A stretch of 64,000 nt of DNA from the NCBI RefSeq assembly GCF_004010195.1, contig NC_057719.1, positions 10,030,170 through 10,094,169 of the forward strand, read 5' to 3'. The translations under genes and the position numbers were made by a program. The notes under the pieces are model-generated. The model had not been told where the DNA came from, did not search any database, and saw nothing but the letters and a program-made list of their open reading frames with translations. Each line of letters starts with the position of its first letter. Within the stretch, counting starts at the first letter, position 1. This document shows, piece after piece, positions 1-12,869 of this stretch. The DNA is from Chiloscyllium plagiosum (taxonomy: Eukaryota).

Positions 1-460
1 GCTTGATACCATTCGGGACAAAGCAGCCCAATTGATTGGTATCACATCCACAAGCATCCATTCCCTCCACCACCGATACTCAGTAGCAGTAGTGTGTACT
101 ATCTACGAGATGCACTACAGAAATTCATGAAAGATCCTTAGACAGCACCTTCCAAACCCACTACCATTTACCTTTAGAAGGACAAGGGCAGCCGATACAT
201 GGAAACATTACCATTTGTGTGCCCCCCTCCAAGCCAATCACCACCATCCTGACTTGGAAATATATTACCGTTCCTTTACTGTGACGGGGTCAGAATCCTG
301 GCATTCTCTCCCTCAAGGCATTGTGGGTCTACCTACAGAACATGGACGGCAGCAGTTCAAGAAGGCAGCTCAACACCACCTTCTTGAGAACAATTAGGGA
401 CAGGCAATAAATGCTGGCCCAGCCAATGGTGCCCATGTTCCATAAATAAATTAAAACAAA
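1..460 (+). mobile_element. 3' end of a degenerate non-LTR retrotransposon (CR1/L2 supergroup), distinct from HER1
   Basis: Broken ORF C-terminus LDTIRDKAAQLIG...SLHHRYSVAVVCTIYEMH...TWKYI, followed by tail gcaataaatgctggcccagcc...aaataaattaaaa. Related copies at ~18800-19340, ~20140-20700 and 45085-45700 (-). Confidence 0.65.
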
Positions 461-899
461 TATTCTTGGCAATTCAGTTGCAATGCAATATGCAATTGTT
501 GCAAGGTGAAATGGGACACACTACGCATAATGATTCTGACCATCTAAGATCATTGAGTAGCAATAATACATCAGATCTCTGAAGTTCTCACTTTTTTTAT
601 AGTGAGTTAGTTGCATGGGCAATGGGCCTGTTCTTGAGGGTTACAGGAAAGATGTTGTTAAATCACCTTATCTTTAGCAATGAAATGGATGTGTAACACA
701 CCAGATCCTTGTTGGTCTAAGAGTGAATCAATGCAATTTTATCAAAGTCTATGGGGAATAATGCAGCTAACATTTTGGAAATCTTGTTAGACACAATAAT
801 ATACCCACGTTTACTTATGGTGAGTGCACCAGTAATCTGAATGGTCCAGTGGAATTTCATATCTGAGTTGCACATTGCACTGGCATTAGATTTCTAAAC

Positions 900-1720
900 T
901 GACCTTTTCAGGTATTAGAAGGTGCACAAAAAGATCTCTAACAGTCTCTGTAAATTTGATTTCTGCTACTTTCATAATTGACCTAGCTGCAGATGTTCAG
1001 GGAATGGCTGACAAGTTCTCACGAGATGCTAGAATTTGGGACAACAAAAGAAGAGGAACTTCAGATAGCAAATCAAAATGCACTTGGGGGAACAGACCAA
1101 GCTCGAGCAGATGCCTCTAGCTCAGATGGATGACATTTAATGCACTTGTGCAAGTCAATGCGAAGTCTAATTACAAACTATGTGGCAACAAATTAAAATC
1201 AATTGCAAACCAAAGGGGTCATAGCATTATTGCCTGTCTCCCAGGTTTTATGATTATTGTTGAGATACTGTAGCCAAACAATTTGGTTAAATAACAGAAG
1301 CATTGAATGCAATTAAACACGCTCTTTGTCTTGGCACTGGTTCTCAGCTAATATGCATTTGAAATATTAAATGCAACTTCAATCTTCTCACTATGTAGGT
1401 GGTTGGGAAGCTTTAGGAAACTTGGACAGAAGGGTCAAGAGAATCATTGTCAACTTTAAAGACCTTAGGTATTCAGAATGACTTGAAAGGTTGGATCTAA
1501 TGCATAGACTTTAGGAATACTAAATAGTTCTTGGACTTGACTACATCTTTCATGGGAGGCTTTTCAACTACATGGATTGGGAAATTGCAGAGATTGTGCA
1601 TGTGTTCTATATCAGGATATAGTTCAATATTGGATTGGGCATCTTTTCCCAATGGACAGCAGGTAGAATGAAATAACTTGTTTTGTCTCATTATGATAGT
1701 GCAAGGCCTTGATGGACGGC
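900..1720 (+). mobile_element. very old, highly degenerate CR1-like LINE RT/3' relic
   Basis: Faint residual motifs (F.IDLAADVQGMADKFS.DARI; WMTFNA; FNIGLGIFSQW) in the order expected for the CR1 RT C-terminus; many stops and frameshifts. Confidence 0.35.
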
Positions 1721-2191
1721 AATGGGAACAGCTCTTAATGGGGAAGAGGTTTGTGAATTACAAAATGTACAGTTAGGCAACACAAAGGTGCTGTATAATG
1801 GCTGGCATGGTCACCTGGCAACGTCGAACACTGAAAGTAACTGGAGAGGAATTCGACATATTCTCAAATTCCCTATGTGGCCATGTGAGTTTTTATTTCT
1901 GGGTTATTGTGCTCTCTTCAGGGATTGCATGATTGATAGTGATAGTGAGATTGGTCTGTGAGCATGTGGAATCAGGTGCCTAACCGTGACGTTTCTCCAA
2001 GCCCTGCTGCTATGTGGGGCAGGTTTGACAAACCATCTGGTATTTTCCTGCCTGTCAACTCTGTGTGTTCATACCCAACATCAACCTACATTTTTGAACA
2101 GATTCCTCTACTTCTGTGATTTTGCCAAATTACTGATCTGTTGCTGTGTATGAATAAAAACATTGTGGTGCATGAGTTCCGCAGTCATCTT

Positions 2192-2230
2192 TCAACACAT
2201 AAACGAAAGCATTTTTTGTGTTATTACAAA
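2192..2230 (-). CDS. possible downstream or terminal exon of the minus-strand gene (FVITQKMLSFMC* if phase 0)
   Basis: Pyrimidine-rich acceptor cttatttctttttaag. Frame ambiguous: phase 1 gives CNNTKNAFVYVLKDDCG... up to a gtaatt donor. Confidence 0.25.
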   Translation of the reverse strand, partial: FVITQKMLSFMC

Positions 2231-3656
2231 CTTAAAAAGAAATAAGCAGCAGCCCTACTGGTATTTAAGATCCCAAACATTTCCGTATTTGCCTGCAGGA
2301 TTTTACTTCCAGCTGATTTTGAACACAAGTTTGCTTCAGTTGAGAAGGTGACAGCTTAATGTAGGTTGTGCAGTGTATTGGAAACTGGCAACCAATCTAC
2401 GTAGACATCAGATACGTTGGTCGAATTGCTAATCTGTGAGCACAACAAAATGACTTTGACATTGGCATCCATACTTCTTAAAGAAGGAAGGACTTTGCTT
2501 AATGCATAGCATACTCAAGTTCAATTTCTCAGCAAAACTACCCACTATTCATAGGAGAAAGTGAGGATGCAGATGCTGGAGATCAGAGTCAAGAATAGGG
2601 TGATGGAAAAGCATCTGAGGAGCAGGCATCCTGCTCCTCGGATGCTGCCTGACCTGCTGTGCTTTTCCAGCACCCCACTCTCAACTCTACCCACTATTCA
2701 TCTCCACACATTTCCAAAGATGCATGCAACCGTCTGCAAACATTGGAATGAATTCTAACCCTCTATTGTGTCCAAACACATAAGGCAGCTTGCTTCCAGG
2801 TGGTGGAGCTCTGGAACCAACTACCTCAGGCAAGCAAGTGGAGTGAACTACAAACCAACAATTTGGAGTTCAAAACTTAGTGGGAGTCGAGCATTTTCAC
2901 TGGCAGAAAATCCATATCCAATCCTCACATGCTGAAAACCAATTGTAAGGTTTGTCATAGACTGTGCAGTGCACCTTCGGTTCGTGACTCCAGAACAAAT
3001 AAAATCCATGTAAAACATCCACCGCACACTGTTCTGCAGGTCTCCTGATCATTATGAAGGCAAGAAGCAGCTGTATATGTAATTACATGACCCAAGAGTT
3101 TTCTTGTCTGGAATGAAATCTGGGATGACACACATTAGGCACATAATAACAGGAGGAAATCATTCAGCCTCCTGTGCCTGTTCTCCCGTTCAGGTAGACC
3201 ATGGCTAATCTGCGCCTTCAACCCATCTACTTGCCATGTTTCCAGAATGCGTCATTCCCTTGCCACCAAATACAACATGAACAAAAACAAAGCACAAATA
3301 TTTTCTGAATCCAGACAGATCTAAAAAAATCCAATCGCACAATGTACTACTCCCTGGTCTTAACAATCGCAAAACTCGATTTTGAGATTGGAATATCGCT
3401 TCATTCAGTTGCTAATTTGACCAAATTTCTTTTCTTTTGTTGCAGCATTGCAAATAGTTTTCATCATCAAGTGCTCGTCAGGGATTAATTAATTTATTTC
3501 AAACAGTCAAAAACATTATATTTAAGAAGCAGACAGTTCAGCAAAAAGAAGATTGATTGCTCTACATGGCCAGCTTGCAAATTCACAGTTGGCAGGCAGG
3601 GTATACCTACATGGAGTTCTAAAAGGTGAACCCTTTTAATAGTAAGGAAGACATAT

Positions 3657-4725
3657 CTGGCTAAGGGCAGAAGACAGAGGGTGGTGGTGGGGAGGGTTGT
3701 TTTTCAGACTGGAGGCCTGTGATCAGTGGAGTGCCACAAGGATCGGCACTGGGTCCTCTACTTTTTGTCATTTATGTAAATGATTTGGATGTGAACATCA
3801 GAGGTACAGTTAGTAAGTTTGCAGGTGACACCAAAATTGGAGATGTAATAGACAGCGAAGAGGGTTACCTCAGATTACAACAGGATCTGGTCCAGATGGG
3901 CCAATGGGCTGACAAGTGGCAGATGGAGTTTAATTCAGATAAAAGCGAGGTGCTGCATTTTGGGAAAGCAAATCTTAGCAGGACTTATACACTTAATGGT
4001 AAGGTCCTAGGGAGTGTTGCTGAACAAAGAGGCCTTGGAGTGCAGGTTCATAGCTCCTTGAAAGTGGAGTTGCAGGTAGATAGGATAGTGAAGAAGGCGT
4101 TTGGTATGCTTTCCTTTATTGGTCAGAATATTGAGTACAGGAGTTGGAAGGTCATGTTGGGCCATACAGGACATTGGTTAGGGCACTTTTGGAATATTGC
4201 GTGCAATTCTGGTCTCCTTCCCATCGGAAAGACGAGAAACATGAAAGAGTTCAGAAAAGATTTACAAGGATGTTGCCAGAGTTGGAGGATCTGAGCTACA
4301 GGGAGAGGCTGAACAGGCTGGGGCTGTTTTCCCTGGAGTGTCGGAGGCTGAGGGGTAACCTTATGGAGGTTTACAAAATTATGAGGGGCATGGATAGGAT
4401 GAATAGACAAAGTCTTTTCCCTGGGGTTGGGGAGTCCAGAACTAGAGGGCATAGGTTTAGGATGAGAGGGAAAAGATATAAAAGAGACCTAAGAGGCAAC
4501 TTTTTCACACAGAGAGTGGTATGTGTATGGAAGGAGGAAGTGGTGGAGGCTAGTACAATTGCAACATTTAAAAGGAATTTGGATGGGTATATGAATAGGA
4601 AGGGTTTGGAGGGATATGGGCCGGGTGCTGGCATGTGGGACTAGGGTTGGGTTGGGATATCTGGTCGGCATGGACGGGTTGGACCAAAGGGTCGATTTCC
4701 ATGCTGCACATCTCTATGACTCTAT
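3657..4725 (+). mobile_element. 5'-truncated CR1-clade LINE (HER1-like), RT C-terminal part and 3' UTR
   Basis: ORFs 3719-4294 (SGVPQGSALGPLLF..Y.NDLD..KFAGDTK) and 4144-4644 (LEYCVQFWSP..RGHRF..NFFTQRVV); frameshifted; ends in ctctatgactctat tail. Confidence 0.95.
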
Positions 4726-4845
4726 AACATGTATCACTAGAAATTCTCTCCAACTTCATTGGTTTCTGTTAGTTCCCCATATTATATGAGTGTATAACCT
4801 AGCCTTACAACAAGGCTCATGATGTGAAAACTGGGTGCTGTCAAT

Positions 4846-5110
4846 TTAGATTAGGTTAGATTCCCTACAGTGGGGAAACAGGCCCTTCAGCCCAACCAGT
4901 CCACACCGATCCTCCGAAGAGTAACCCACCCAGACCCATTTCTCTCTGACTAATGCACCTAACATTATGGGCAATTTAGCATGGCCAATTCACCTGACCT
5001 GCACACCTTTGGACTGGGGGAGGAAACCGGAGCACCCAGAGGAAACCCACGCAGATACGGGGAGAATGTGCAAACTCCACAGAGACAGTCACCTGAGGCT
5101 GGGAGGTGGT
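4846..5110 (-). mobile_element. HE1-type tRNA-derived SINE (5' truncated)
   Basis: ttagattagg tail, ggcaatttagcatggccaattcacc core; homologous to many other copies in the window. Confidence 0.85.
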
Positions 5111-5230
5111 GCGGGGGGAGCTGTTCATAAGTACTCCTGTGAACCATGCTAAGTGGTTTATTTTACATAACATGTTCAACTCAACAAAATACCATTTTTT
5201 CCACTCATTTTTGGTTTTTTTTGTAATGTC

Positions 5231-5376
5231 AATTATGGTTGATTCCAAATTATGGCTGATTCCAAATTATCATGGATTCCAAATTATGGTTGATTTTAAA
5301 TTATGGTTGATTCCAAATTATGATTGATTCAAAATTATGGTTGATTCCAAATTATGATTGATTCCAAATTATGGTG
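5231..5376. repeat. 17-bp minisatellite (aattatggttgattcca)n, about 8.5 copies
   Basis: Direct tandem units visible in the sequence. Confidence 0.95.
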
Positions 5377-5683
5377 GCTACATCCCTTCAGTTGCCTGGG
5401 CCCCAAACTTTGGCGTATCCTTGCTATTAGTTTCCAAATCCTTATCACTTATAGGACATTCCTTTAAACCCTACCTCCTTGATTGAACTTTTCACCACCT
5501 CCCCAATATCTCCTTATGGAGCTGAGTGTCATACAATGTTCTCTAACAGTCCTCTGAAGCACTTGAACAGAATTCATTCCAGTAAAGGTCCTATATAAAT
5601 CTACGCTGTTGCTGTTGTTGTGGTCATTGCTGATATATGTCTTAACACCTTCTACTGCCTCCTACTACATTAAACCTTAATAC

Positions 5684-5784
5684 CTTTTTACTGAACAAAC
5701 ATCCCTGTTTTGAATTGTACAATATATATCCTGTTGAGGCACTTAATGGCTTCATATCTGAAGGTACATGAGCCCTGTCCAAAA
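5684..5784 (-). CDS. internal exon of unidentified minus-strand gene (xLDRAHVPSDMKPLSASTGYILYNSKQGCLFSKK)
   Basis: Strong acceptor ttttttttattgttctcctctttag; donor AAG|gtatta; 101 nt, phase 1->0, open, compatible with the 6037-6164 exon. Confidence 0.65.
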
Positions 5785-6036
5785 CTAAAGAGGAGAACAA
5801 TAAAAAAAAGCTATGTACAGATCTGATCTGATTGATTCCATTTCATGTTTTGTTCCCTTTACACAGTCATCTTTTACTCATCCAGAAAGTACAAATTACA
5901 CAGTGCTTTGGGATAGCAACATCCTAATTATCACTGAACACTGATGGGAACAAAATCATTGCTAGTTGCCGCAAATGACTTCCTGTAATAGATTGTTAGG
6001 CTGTCGAACATCTTCAGATTTTCATTGCCACCTCAC

Positions 6037-6164
6037 GCCATGATTTAAGTGACACCAGTCCATAATTGGCCACTGTTCTCCAGTAAATGCCATCCACAGC
6101 AGGCACAACTAGAAGACAGCTGCTTGTTGCAAGTTCTTCGCATACAAGTGGAGGCATGTCATCT
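6037..6164 (-). CDS. internal exon (DDMPPLVCEELATSSCLLVVPAVDGIYWRTVANYGLVSLKSW)
   Basis: 128 nt, phase 2->1; donor C|gtgagg; weak acceptor (aataaaacag). Phases fit both flanking exons; non-repetitive sequence. Confidence 0.55.
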
Positions 6165-6616
6165 CTGTTTTATTGAACATCTGTAACAGCGGCAATTATT
6201 ATTATGGCTCCTAATTATGGCTGCTTAAAAGGTTCTGCAAGATGGCATAATTAAGTTCAAACATTTGGAGTAATAAATGAGGATCACCAAGAGTGCGGCA
6301 AATTTCTTTCTCTCGGATGAAACAAGTGGCTCAGTACACGAACATTAAAACAACAAGGCATTTATATCTGCTCTGATGAAGTTGGGCTCCCCCACCCACT
6401 AAACCCACCCACCCCCAAGCTACTACACTTTTTCCCATTTGGCAAAAACGAGATCTCTCTTCACGTTCAAACATTGCTATTTCAACTTCTTGTGACAATT
6501 TGAGAGGATGTTTTGATTATCTTAGTGAACAATTATTAGAATAAAAACCAGCACCAGACATTCAAATCTGCTTTGATTCCGTATGATGTGAAGCTCCCTT
6601 CTCTCCTATTCATACA

Positions 6617-6970
6617 TGGGCTGCACAGTGGCTCAGTGGTTAGCACTGCTGCCTCACAGCACCAGGTAATTCCGGCCTCGGGCGACTGTCTGTGTGAAGG
6701 TTGCACATTCTCCCCGTGCCAATGTGGATTTCCTCCAGGTGCTACGGTTTACTCGTCCGGTCCAAAGCTGTGCAGGTTAGGTGAACTGGCCATGCTAAAT
6801 TGTCCCTATTATCCAGGGATGTGCAGACTAGGTAGATTAGCCATTGGGAATACAGGGTCACAGGGGTAGTGTAATGGGGTGGGTGTGGGTGGGATAACCT
6901 TCAGAGGGTCAGTGTGAACTCAATGTACCAAATGGCCTACCTCCACACTGTAGGGATTCTATTTTATGAT
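6617..6970 (+). mobile_element. HE1-type SINE
   Basis: A-box-like tggctcagtggttagcac head, conserved core, cacactgtagggattcta tail. Confidence 0.85.
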
Positions 6971-7094
6971 TCTATCCCTCAAACGACACACGTTTAATTT
7001 CCACTGTCAGTGCACTACTGAACACAGAATGTTTCAGTAACTTCATGCAAGATCATATAGCTTTTCATGCAACCTCTCAGGCAGTGTGTTACCA

Positions 7095-8887
7095 AAGTTA
7101 AATATATTCTATTGTTCGAAATCACAACACACCAGGTTATACTCCAACAGGTTGATTTGGACGCACTAGCTTACAGAGTGCTGCTCCTCCATCAGGTAGT
7201 TTAGATTAGATTACTTACAGTGTGGAAACAGGCCCTTCGGCCCAACAAGTCCACACTTGTCAGGCAGCAGTGCTAACCACTGTGCCACCGTGCCGCCCAC
7301 TAGTTGTGGACACAGAATTTATTGCAAAAGATTACAGCGTCGTACAGTGATATATTAAACAAACCTGGATTGTTGTTAAGTCTTTCATCTTTTAGAATAC
7401 AGGTTTCGGTTCATTAATATGCAAATCCCAGAACTTCGTTTAAATCACTTTCTCAAGATAATTTAAGGTTTTATAACAAAAAGGTGACATCTCAGCTCAG
7501 ACAGTGCATTAAAGGTGTGAGGTCAGAGTCTGTTTCCAAAGTGGAATTTACAAAATATTACATGGACTGGCTGCCTGCATTAATTGTCTATAGATTGTGC
7601 TTTCTTTTGAACAAAATAGAATGTATCAGCAAATATAATTCTGCAAATACAAATTCACTCCATAAACTTGTAAGTGTGTGTGTGTGTGCATGAGAGAGAG
7701 CGTGTGTGCATGTAAGTGTATGCATGTGAGTGTGAGTGCATGTGAGAGAATGCACGTATGTGTGTGAAAGCTTGGTAAAGTGTATGTGTGGGTGTGATGG
7801 AGTATAAGCCTGTGACAGGGTGTGCGCGTGGGTGTGAGTGTGGGAGCTGTATGTATGCACGTATGAGAGACAGCATGTGTATGAAAGAGGGTCTGCATGA
7901 GTGTGTGAGTATGCAAGTGTGTATAGGTGCTTGTGTGTGTGTTGGGGGGGGGGGTGTGATGGGGAAAGAGTGCCTAGTTAGTGGGGTCACCTGTAGTGCG
8001 ACGTGAACCCAAGGTTCCAGTTGAGTCCATCCTCATGAATACCGAACTTGGCTATCAGCCTCTGCTCGGCCACTTTGCATTGTTGACTATCCCAAAGACC
8101 GCCTTGGAGGATGATAACCCGAAGATTCGAAGCCGAATGCCCCAGACTGCTGTAGTGTTCCCCAACTGGGAGGGAACAGCCTTACCTGTTGATTGTTGTG
8201 GCATGCCAATTTTTCCACTGCCATAGCATCTGCTTGGTTTCGCCAATATACCATACCTCAGGGCATCCTTGCCTGCGGCGTATGAGATAGACAATGTTGG
8301 CCGAGTCATATGAGCACCTGTCGCGTACATAGTGGATGGTGTCCCCACATTTAATGGTGATATCTGTGTCGACACCCTGACACATCTTACAATAGTTGAC
8401 ATGACAGGGTTGTACACAATGCACAATCTGCAGGCAGTCAATGCAGACAGTCAATTCATATAATATTTTGTAAATTCCACTTTGGAAATAGAACCAGTCT
8501 GACTCAAGACTGGGATACAGACAGACTCTGACCTCACACCTTTAATACATTGTCTGAGCTTAGATGTCACCTTTTGTTATAAAACCTTAAGTGATCTCGA
8601 GAAGGTGACTTAAAAGAAGTTCTGGGATTTACATATTAATGAATCAAAGCCTGCACTCTAAAACACAAAAGGCTTAACAATCCAGGTTTGTTTAATATAT
8701 CACTGTGTGACACTGTAATCTTTTGCTATAAATTCTGTGTCTTATAATCTTAAACTCCAAAACCAGCTGATAAAGGAGCAGCGCTCCAAAAGCTAGTGCT
8801 TCCAAATAGACCTGTTGGACTATAATCTAGTGTTGTGTCACTTCTAACTTTGTCCACCCCAGTTCAACACCAGCTTCTCCACATCAT
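7095..8887 (-). mobile_element. Penelope-like retroelement (PLE) remnant with GIY-YIG endonuclease relic and inverted terminal (pLTR) repeats
   Basis: Minus ORF 8182-8454 CKMCQ...SANIVYLIR...CPEVWYIGETKQ (VYLI...YIGET GIY-YIG motif with preceding Cys cluster). 7115-7560 is the reverse complement of ~8460-8860. Confidence 0.85.
7673..7960. repeat. degenerate (TG)n/(GA)n microsatellite inside the PLE
   Basis: Direct observation. Confidence 0.9.
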
Positions 8888-9267
8888 AAACTCTATTAAG
8901 CATTCAGTGTGGAGTAGCCATTGAATGCTATGGAATCAGATATTACAGGAAAATGGGTACTATGAATCCTCAGTTGCCATAGAAGTCGACATTATAGCAT
9001 GCAGGAATTATGATTGCATGATATTAAAGTTGAAAAGAAGTGGCTGTTCACAGAACCGGTTTCTGTTAACCTTGATCCAATACTAACCACTTCATTGAAG
9101 CACAGAGACAAAAGTTTCTTTAAATTAGGAAGGTAGCATGGGTTAGCACAGTCTTGGTGGGTCAAAGGGCCTGGTTTTCTACTGTACTGTTGTGTGAAAT
9201 ATCACCAACACTCCTCATTCTGAGTGACCTCTAACTCTCATTTATTTATCTGGATCTACAATAGAGT

Positions 9268-9772
9268 TGTCAATTCAGGTCCAAGTCAATCAGTGAGACA
9301 AAAACGCAGACACCTATCTTCCTAAATAGAGTTTATTAACTACTAGGTTTTACTTTTAAAGCTCTTCTTTTCCTCTTTTTGTCATATCCATAAAGTGCTC
9401 TTGCACACAACTCAACATTTTCTTTTCCCATCACATTTTCTTTTTCACTGATTAACAGGCATCTAGATTGGGACATGAATAGGAAGGGCTCAGAGGAATA
9501 TGGGCCAAAAGCTGGCAAATAGAACTAGATCAGCTCAGGATATCTGATCGGTGCAGGTGAGTTGATCCAAAGGGTCTGTTTCCATTCAACTCTATGACAC
9601 TGTTATGATCACTGTAAATCATTTTCTAATTGATTAATTTACATGCAAAGTCTGTTAAGGGACTGCCAAGCCTTGCTCACACAGCTCTAACCTGTTGAAC
9701 TGTTATATCTACCCAGTTCATTAATTAATAAACTAACCCTAATCACATGCTTAACTATTTGCTTTATAAACA
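9268..9772 (-). repeat. 3' LTR of the copia element (TG...CA, AATAAA), interrupted by a CR1 3' fragment at ~9455-9600
   Basis: Starts TGTTTATAAAG 2 nt after purine tract aagaagaagaggggag; ends ...gaattgACA; AATAAA about 65 nt from the end. Confidence 0.75.
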
Positions 9773-10023
9773 GACTCCCCTCTTCTTCTTAACTAAAATC
9801 TTTTGAAGACATACAAACTAATAAAGGGGAAGCATAATAGGTTTTTTCATGTTCTCCACATCGCATCATAATATAACCAATCAGGAACAAAATTATATTT
9901 TTCTCACATTCCATATAATACAATGAATCTCAAAAATATTTGTTTTCTTTATTTGTACAAAAGTATGACACATTTAATTATCAGGCAACCCGACTAAAAA
10001 TGATTTGTTCTGACGTACACTTC

Positions 10024-10600
10024 TCATATCACCAGGGATTCCACTTTACAGATCTCCAATAATTTCTTGCCGCAAGTATCCATGTTTGTGAAACAATCTG
10101 ACAACGGGCGAATTGTGTCAGTCAAATTTATTTTGGAAATGCCTTTTCTTTCTACGTGTCCTTTATGCGAGCAAGGTTATTTCTCAACAATATCCCTTTG
10201 TTGATTGTACATTATCCCAAACAGAACAGTTATCAACATAACATTCTGTGGGCAAACATTTCTCAGACTGTCAGTTCTATGTGATTTCCTTTGGACTGTT
10301 GGATTAATATACCCCTGTATCTCTAACTTCTACTAGTACCATGGCTTCAGCAGCTAAAGTACTTTTAATGACTTTTTAAAATTTTCTTGAACAGGCAATA
10401 TGTATGACTCTTTCCAAGTAAGAACAGGCTAAATTCTGGTGTGCTCAAACAAATGAAAAGGACTTGCTTTATACCTGCTGCATCATCCCAGGCTGCAAAC
10501 TTGCATTTACATTTTTCTTGAATTTAATTTCTTTCATGTTTATTTACTCTCAAGATTGCCTCAAAATAGCAATAAGGGTATCCCATTTCCACATACCTTA
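10024..10600 (-). pseudogene. copia RT-RNase H tether and RNase H relic
   Basis: EAILRVNK...SRKF*KVIKSTLAAEAMVL...CYVDNCSVWDNVQSTK...RPLSDCFT matches the copia RNase H motifs STLAAE, DN.S and Q/PLAD.LTK; in-frame stops. Confidence 0.85.
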
Positions 10601-10893
10601 AGGGTGGCACAGTGGTTAGCACGGCTGCCTCATAGTACCAGGGTCTCAGGTTCAATCCCAGCCTTGGGAAACTGTCTGTGTGGAGTTTGCACATTCTCCC
10701 TGTGTCTGCGTGGGTTTCCTCTGGGTGCTCCAGTTTCCTCCCACAGCCCAAAGACGTGCAAGCCAGGTGAATTGGTCATGCTAAATTGCCCATTGTGTTA
10801 GGGGCATTAGTTAGAGGGGGAAATGGGTCTGGATGGGTTACTTGTCAGAGAGTCGGTGTGGACTTGTTGGGCCTGCTTCCGGAATCTAATCTA
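10600..10893 (+). mobile_element. HE1-type SINE inserted in the copia pol relic
   Basis: gggtggcacagtggttagcac A-box, ggttcaatccc B-box, aatctaatct tail. Confidence 0.9.
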
Positions 10894-10899
10894 AACAAA

Positions 10900-11090
10900 A
10901 ATTGGTAACAGGCCTCATCTGAGTGCACAACTAATTTAACTGTCCAATTTCTTTGATGTTTGCAAAATCATCGTGATCAACACTTTGCACATAAGACTTT
11001 ATTTAAAGTCACTACTAATTTGTTGTGTTTCATATCTAGTGTGATATATTTGAAGATCACTTAAATCTGACTTCCAAAAGTCCAGGTGCT
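10900..11090 (-). pseudogene. copia RT C-terminal relic
   Basis: FKYITLDMKH...VTLNK...IGQLN*LCTQMRP resembles copia RT FKY(L/I)GL.I.Q...IGQLNW...TRPD. Confidence 0.75.
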
Positions 11091-11580
11091 TCCTGAATGC
11101 TGCTATTGTGTTTGCTTCCATCACCTCTGCTGGCAGTGTGTTCCAGGCACTCACCATCCTTTGTGCGAAAAATGTGCCTCACACATCTCTTTTCAACTTT
11201 TGCCTTCTCACCTTGAACTTGTGTCCCCTAGTAATTGACTCTTCCACCTTGGGAAAAAGCCTCATACGTTCCAGTCTATCCATCCCATTTACAATCTTAT
11301 AAACTTCTATCAGGTCACCCTTCAACCTCCTGCATTCCAGTGAAAACAAACATTTCTTCATAGTTAAAATCCCCATACCAGACAATATCCTAGTAAATGT
11401 TTTTGTACCCTCTGCTAAGCATCCATATCTCTGTATTAAACCCTTTACTCTGTGATAATTCCCTCTGGTCCTAGACTCTCACACAGGGAAACAGACTTTC
11501 TGCATCCACCCTGTCAAGTCCTCTAAGATTCTTGTATGTTTCAATAAGGTCACCTCTCACTCTTCTAAACTCCAATGGCT
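11090..11580 (-). mobile_element. CR1-clade LINE 3' fragments
   Basis: LFSLECRRLKGDLIEVYKI..TRGHKF motif. Confidence 0.85.
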
Positions 11581-11677
11581 TGGCTTACTCACTGTCTCCT
11601 CAAAGTGACCAAATTGTTCATCGCATTGTAGGTGTTGTCTGTCTAGTGCCTTGCATTGTTTTAGTGAGATACTCCTA

Positions 11678-11993
11678 TTTGATTAGATTCCCTACGGTAT
11701 TGAAACAGGCCCTTCGGCCCAACAAGTCCACACCGACCCTCTGAAGAGTAACCCACCCAGAACCTTTCCCCTCTGACTAATGCACCTAACACTATGGGCA
11801 ATTTAGAATGGCCAATCCACCTGACCTGCACATTTCTGGACTATGGGAGGAAACCGGAGCACTCGGAGGAAACCCACACAGACACAGGAAGAATGTGCAA
11901 ACTCCACGCAGACAGTCACCGGAGGCTGGAATCGAACCTGGGACCTTGGTGCTATGAGGCAGCAGTGCTAACCACCGAGCCATTGTGCCACCC
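11678..11993 (-). mobile_element. HE1-type SINE
   Basis: Full head-core-tail homology. Confidence 0.9.
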
Positions 11994-12509
11994 TATTATC
12001 ATACCATTCCCTTTTAAACAAAGGCCAACAGCCTACCTCCCTTCCCTATTAACTGCTGAACCTGTATGTTCACTTTTCCTGTACTAGGACCCCCAAATCC
12101 TTCAGCTTTCTTCAGCCCTTCTCCACTTTAATAATATTCAGCTCTTCTATTCTTCCTGCCAAAGTGCATGGCCGACATTTTCCAACATTTTATTCATCCG
12201 GCAGGCTCTTGGCTTATCACTTGACCTGCTTATATTCCTCTATAGACTTTTTATCATTCTTGCTATTTCTGTTCCCTTCTTTGATAGTACATTCACTTCT
12301 CTCATCCAAGACATTGATACATGCTGTATATTATTGTGGCACCAGCACTGATCCCTGTGACACTCCAAACAGTTACAGGTTGCCATCACGAAATGCTCAC
12401 TTCATTGCAACACTTTGTCTTCTTTTCGTCAAACCCGAGTCCATGTTCATATACCATTTTAATATCATCCTATTAATTAGACTTATGCGCGTCACTTTAT
12501 CAGGCACCT

Positions 12510-12680
12510 TTTGTTTGTGCAATATATCGCATCAGTTGTATGACACTATGATCTTTTGCTATAAATTCTGTGTCCTATGATCCTGCCTCATGAGCCATCC
12601 GACAAAGGAGCAGCACTCTAAAAGCTAGTATTTTGAAATAAACCAATTGGACTATAATCTGGTGTTGTGTGATTTTTAAC
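12510..12680 (+). mobile_element. Penelope pLTR fragment with degenerate hammerhead motif
   Basis: Homologous to 8690-8850 (aaggagcagcactctaaaagctag). Confidence 0.75.
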
Positions 12681-12869
12681 ATGGTTCCAGTTGCCAGAGG
12701 TACTCTCTACCCTCACTCCTTTTAGCTACGTTTCTCTTTTTATTATAACATTTTCAGCCTGTATCTAGGTGGTCCCACATTGTCACTATCATTGAATCCT
12801 CTATTCTTTGTATTAGTGCTGAATGTCCCACTTGAGCTGTGAAGGTTTACTAAGAATAAATGCATTCCA

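Noticed and set aside
4965..5248. Recurrent ORFs of the type ...CLCGVCTFSPCLRGFP...ELAMLNCP / MGNLAWPIHLTC...
   Set aside because: These are translations of HE1 SINE copies, not proteins.
5231..5376. Regularly spaced repeats as a possible CRISPR-like array
   Set aside because: Contiguous 17-bp units without unique spacers in a eukaryotic context; a minisatellite.
9336..9518. ORF containing CARALYGYD (SH3-like ALYDY) and a KKRKRR basic patch
   Set aside because: It lies within the copia 3' LTR and a CR1 fragment; there is no further SH3 motif and no splice support.
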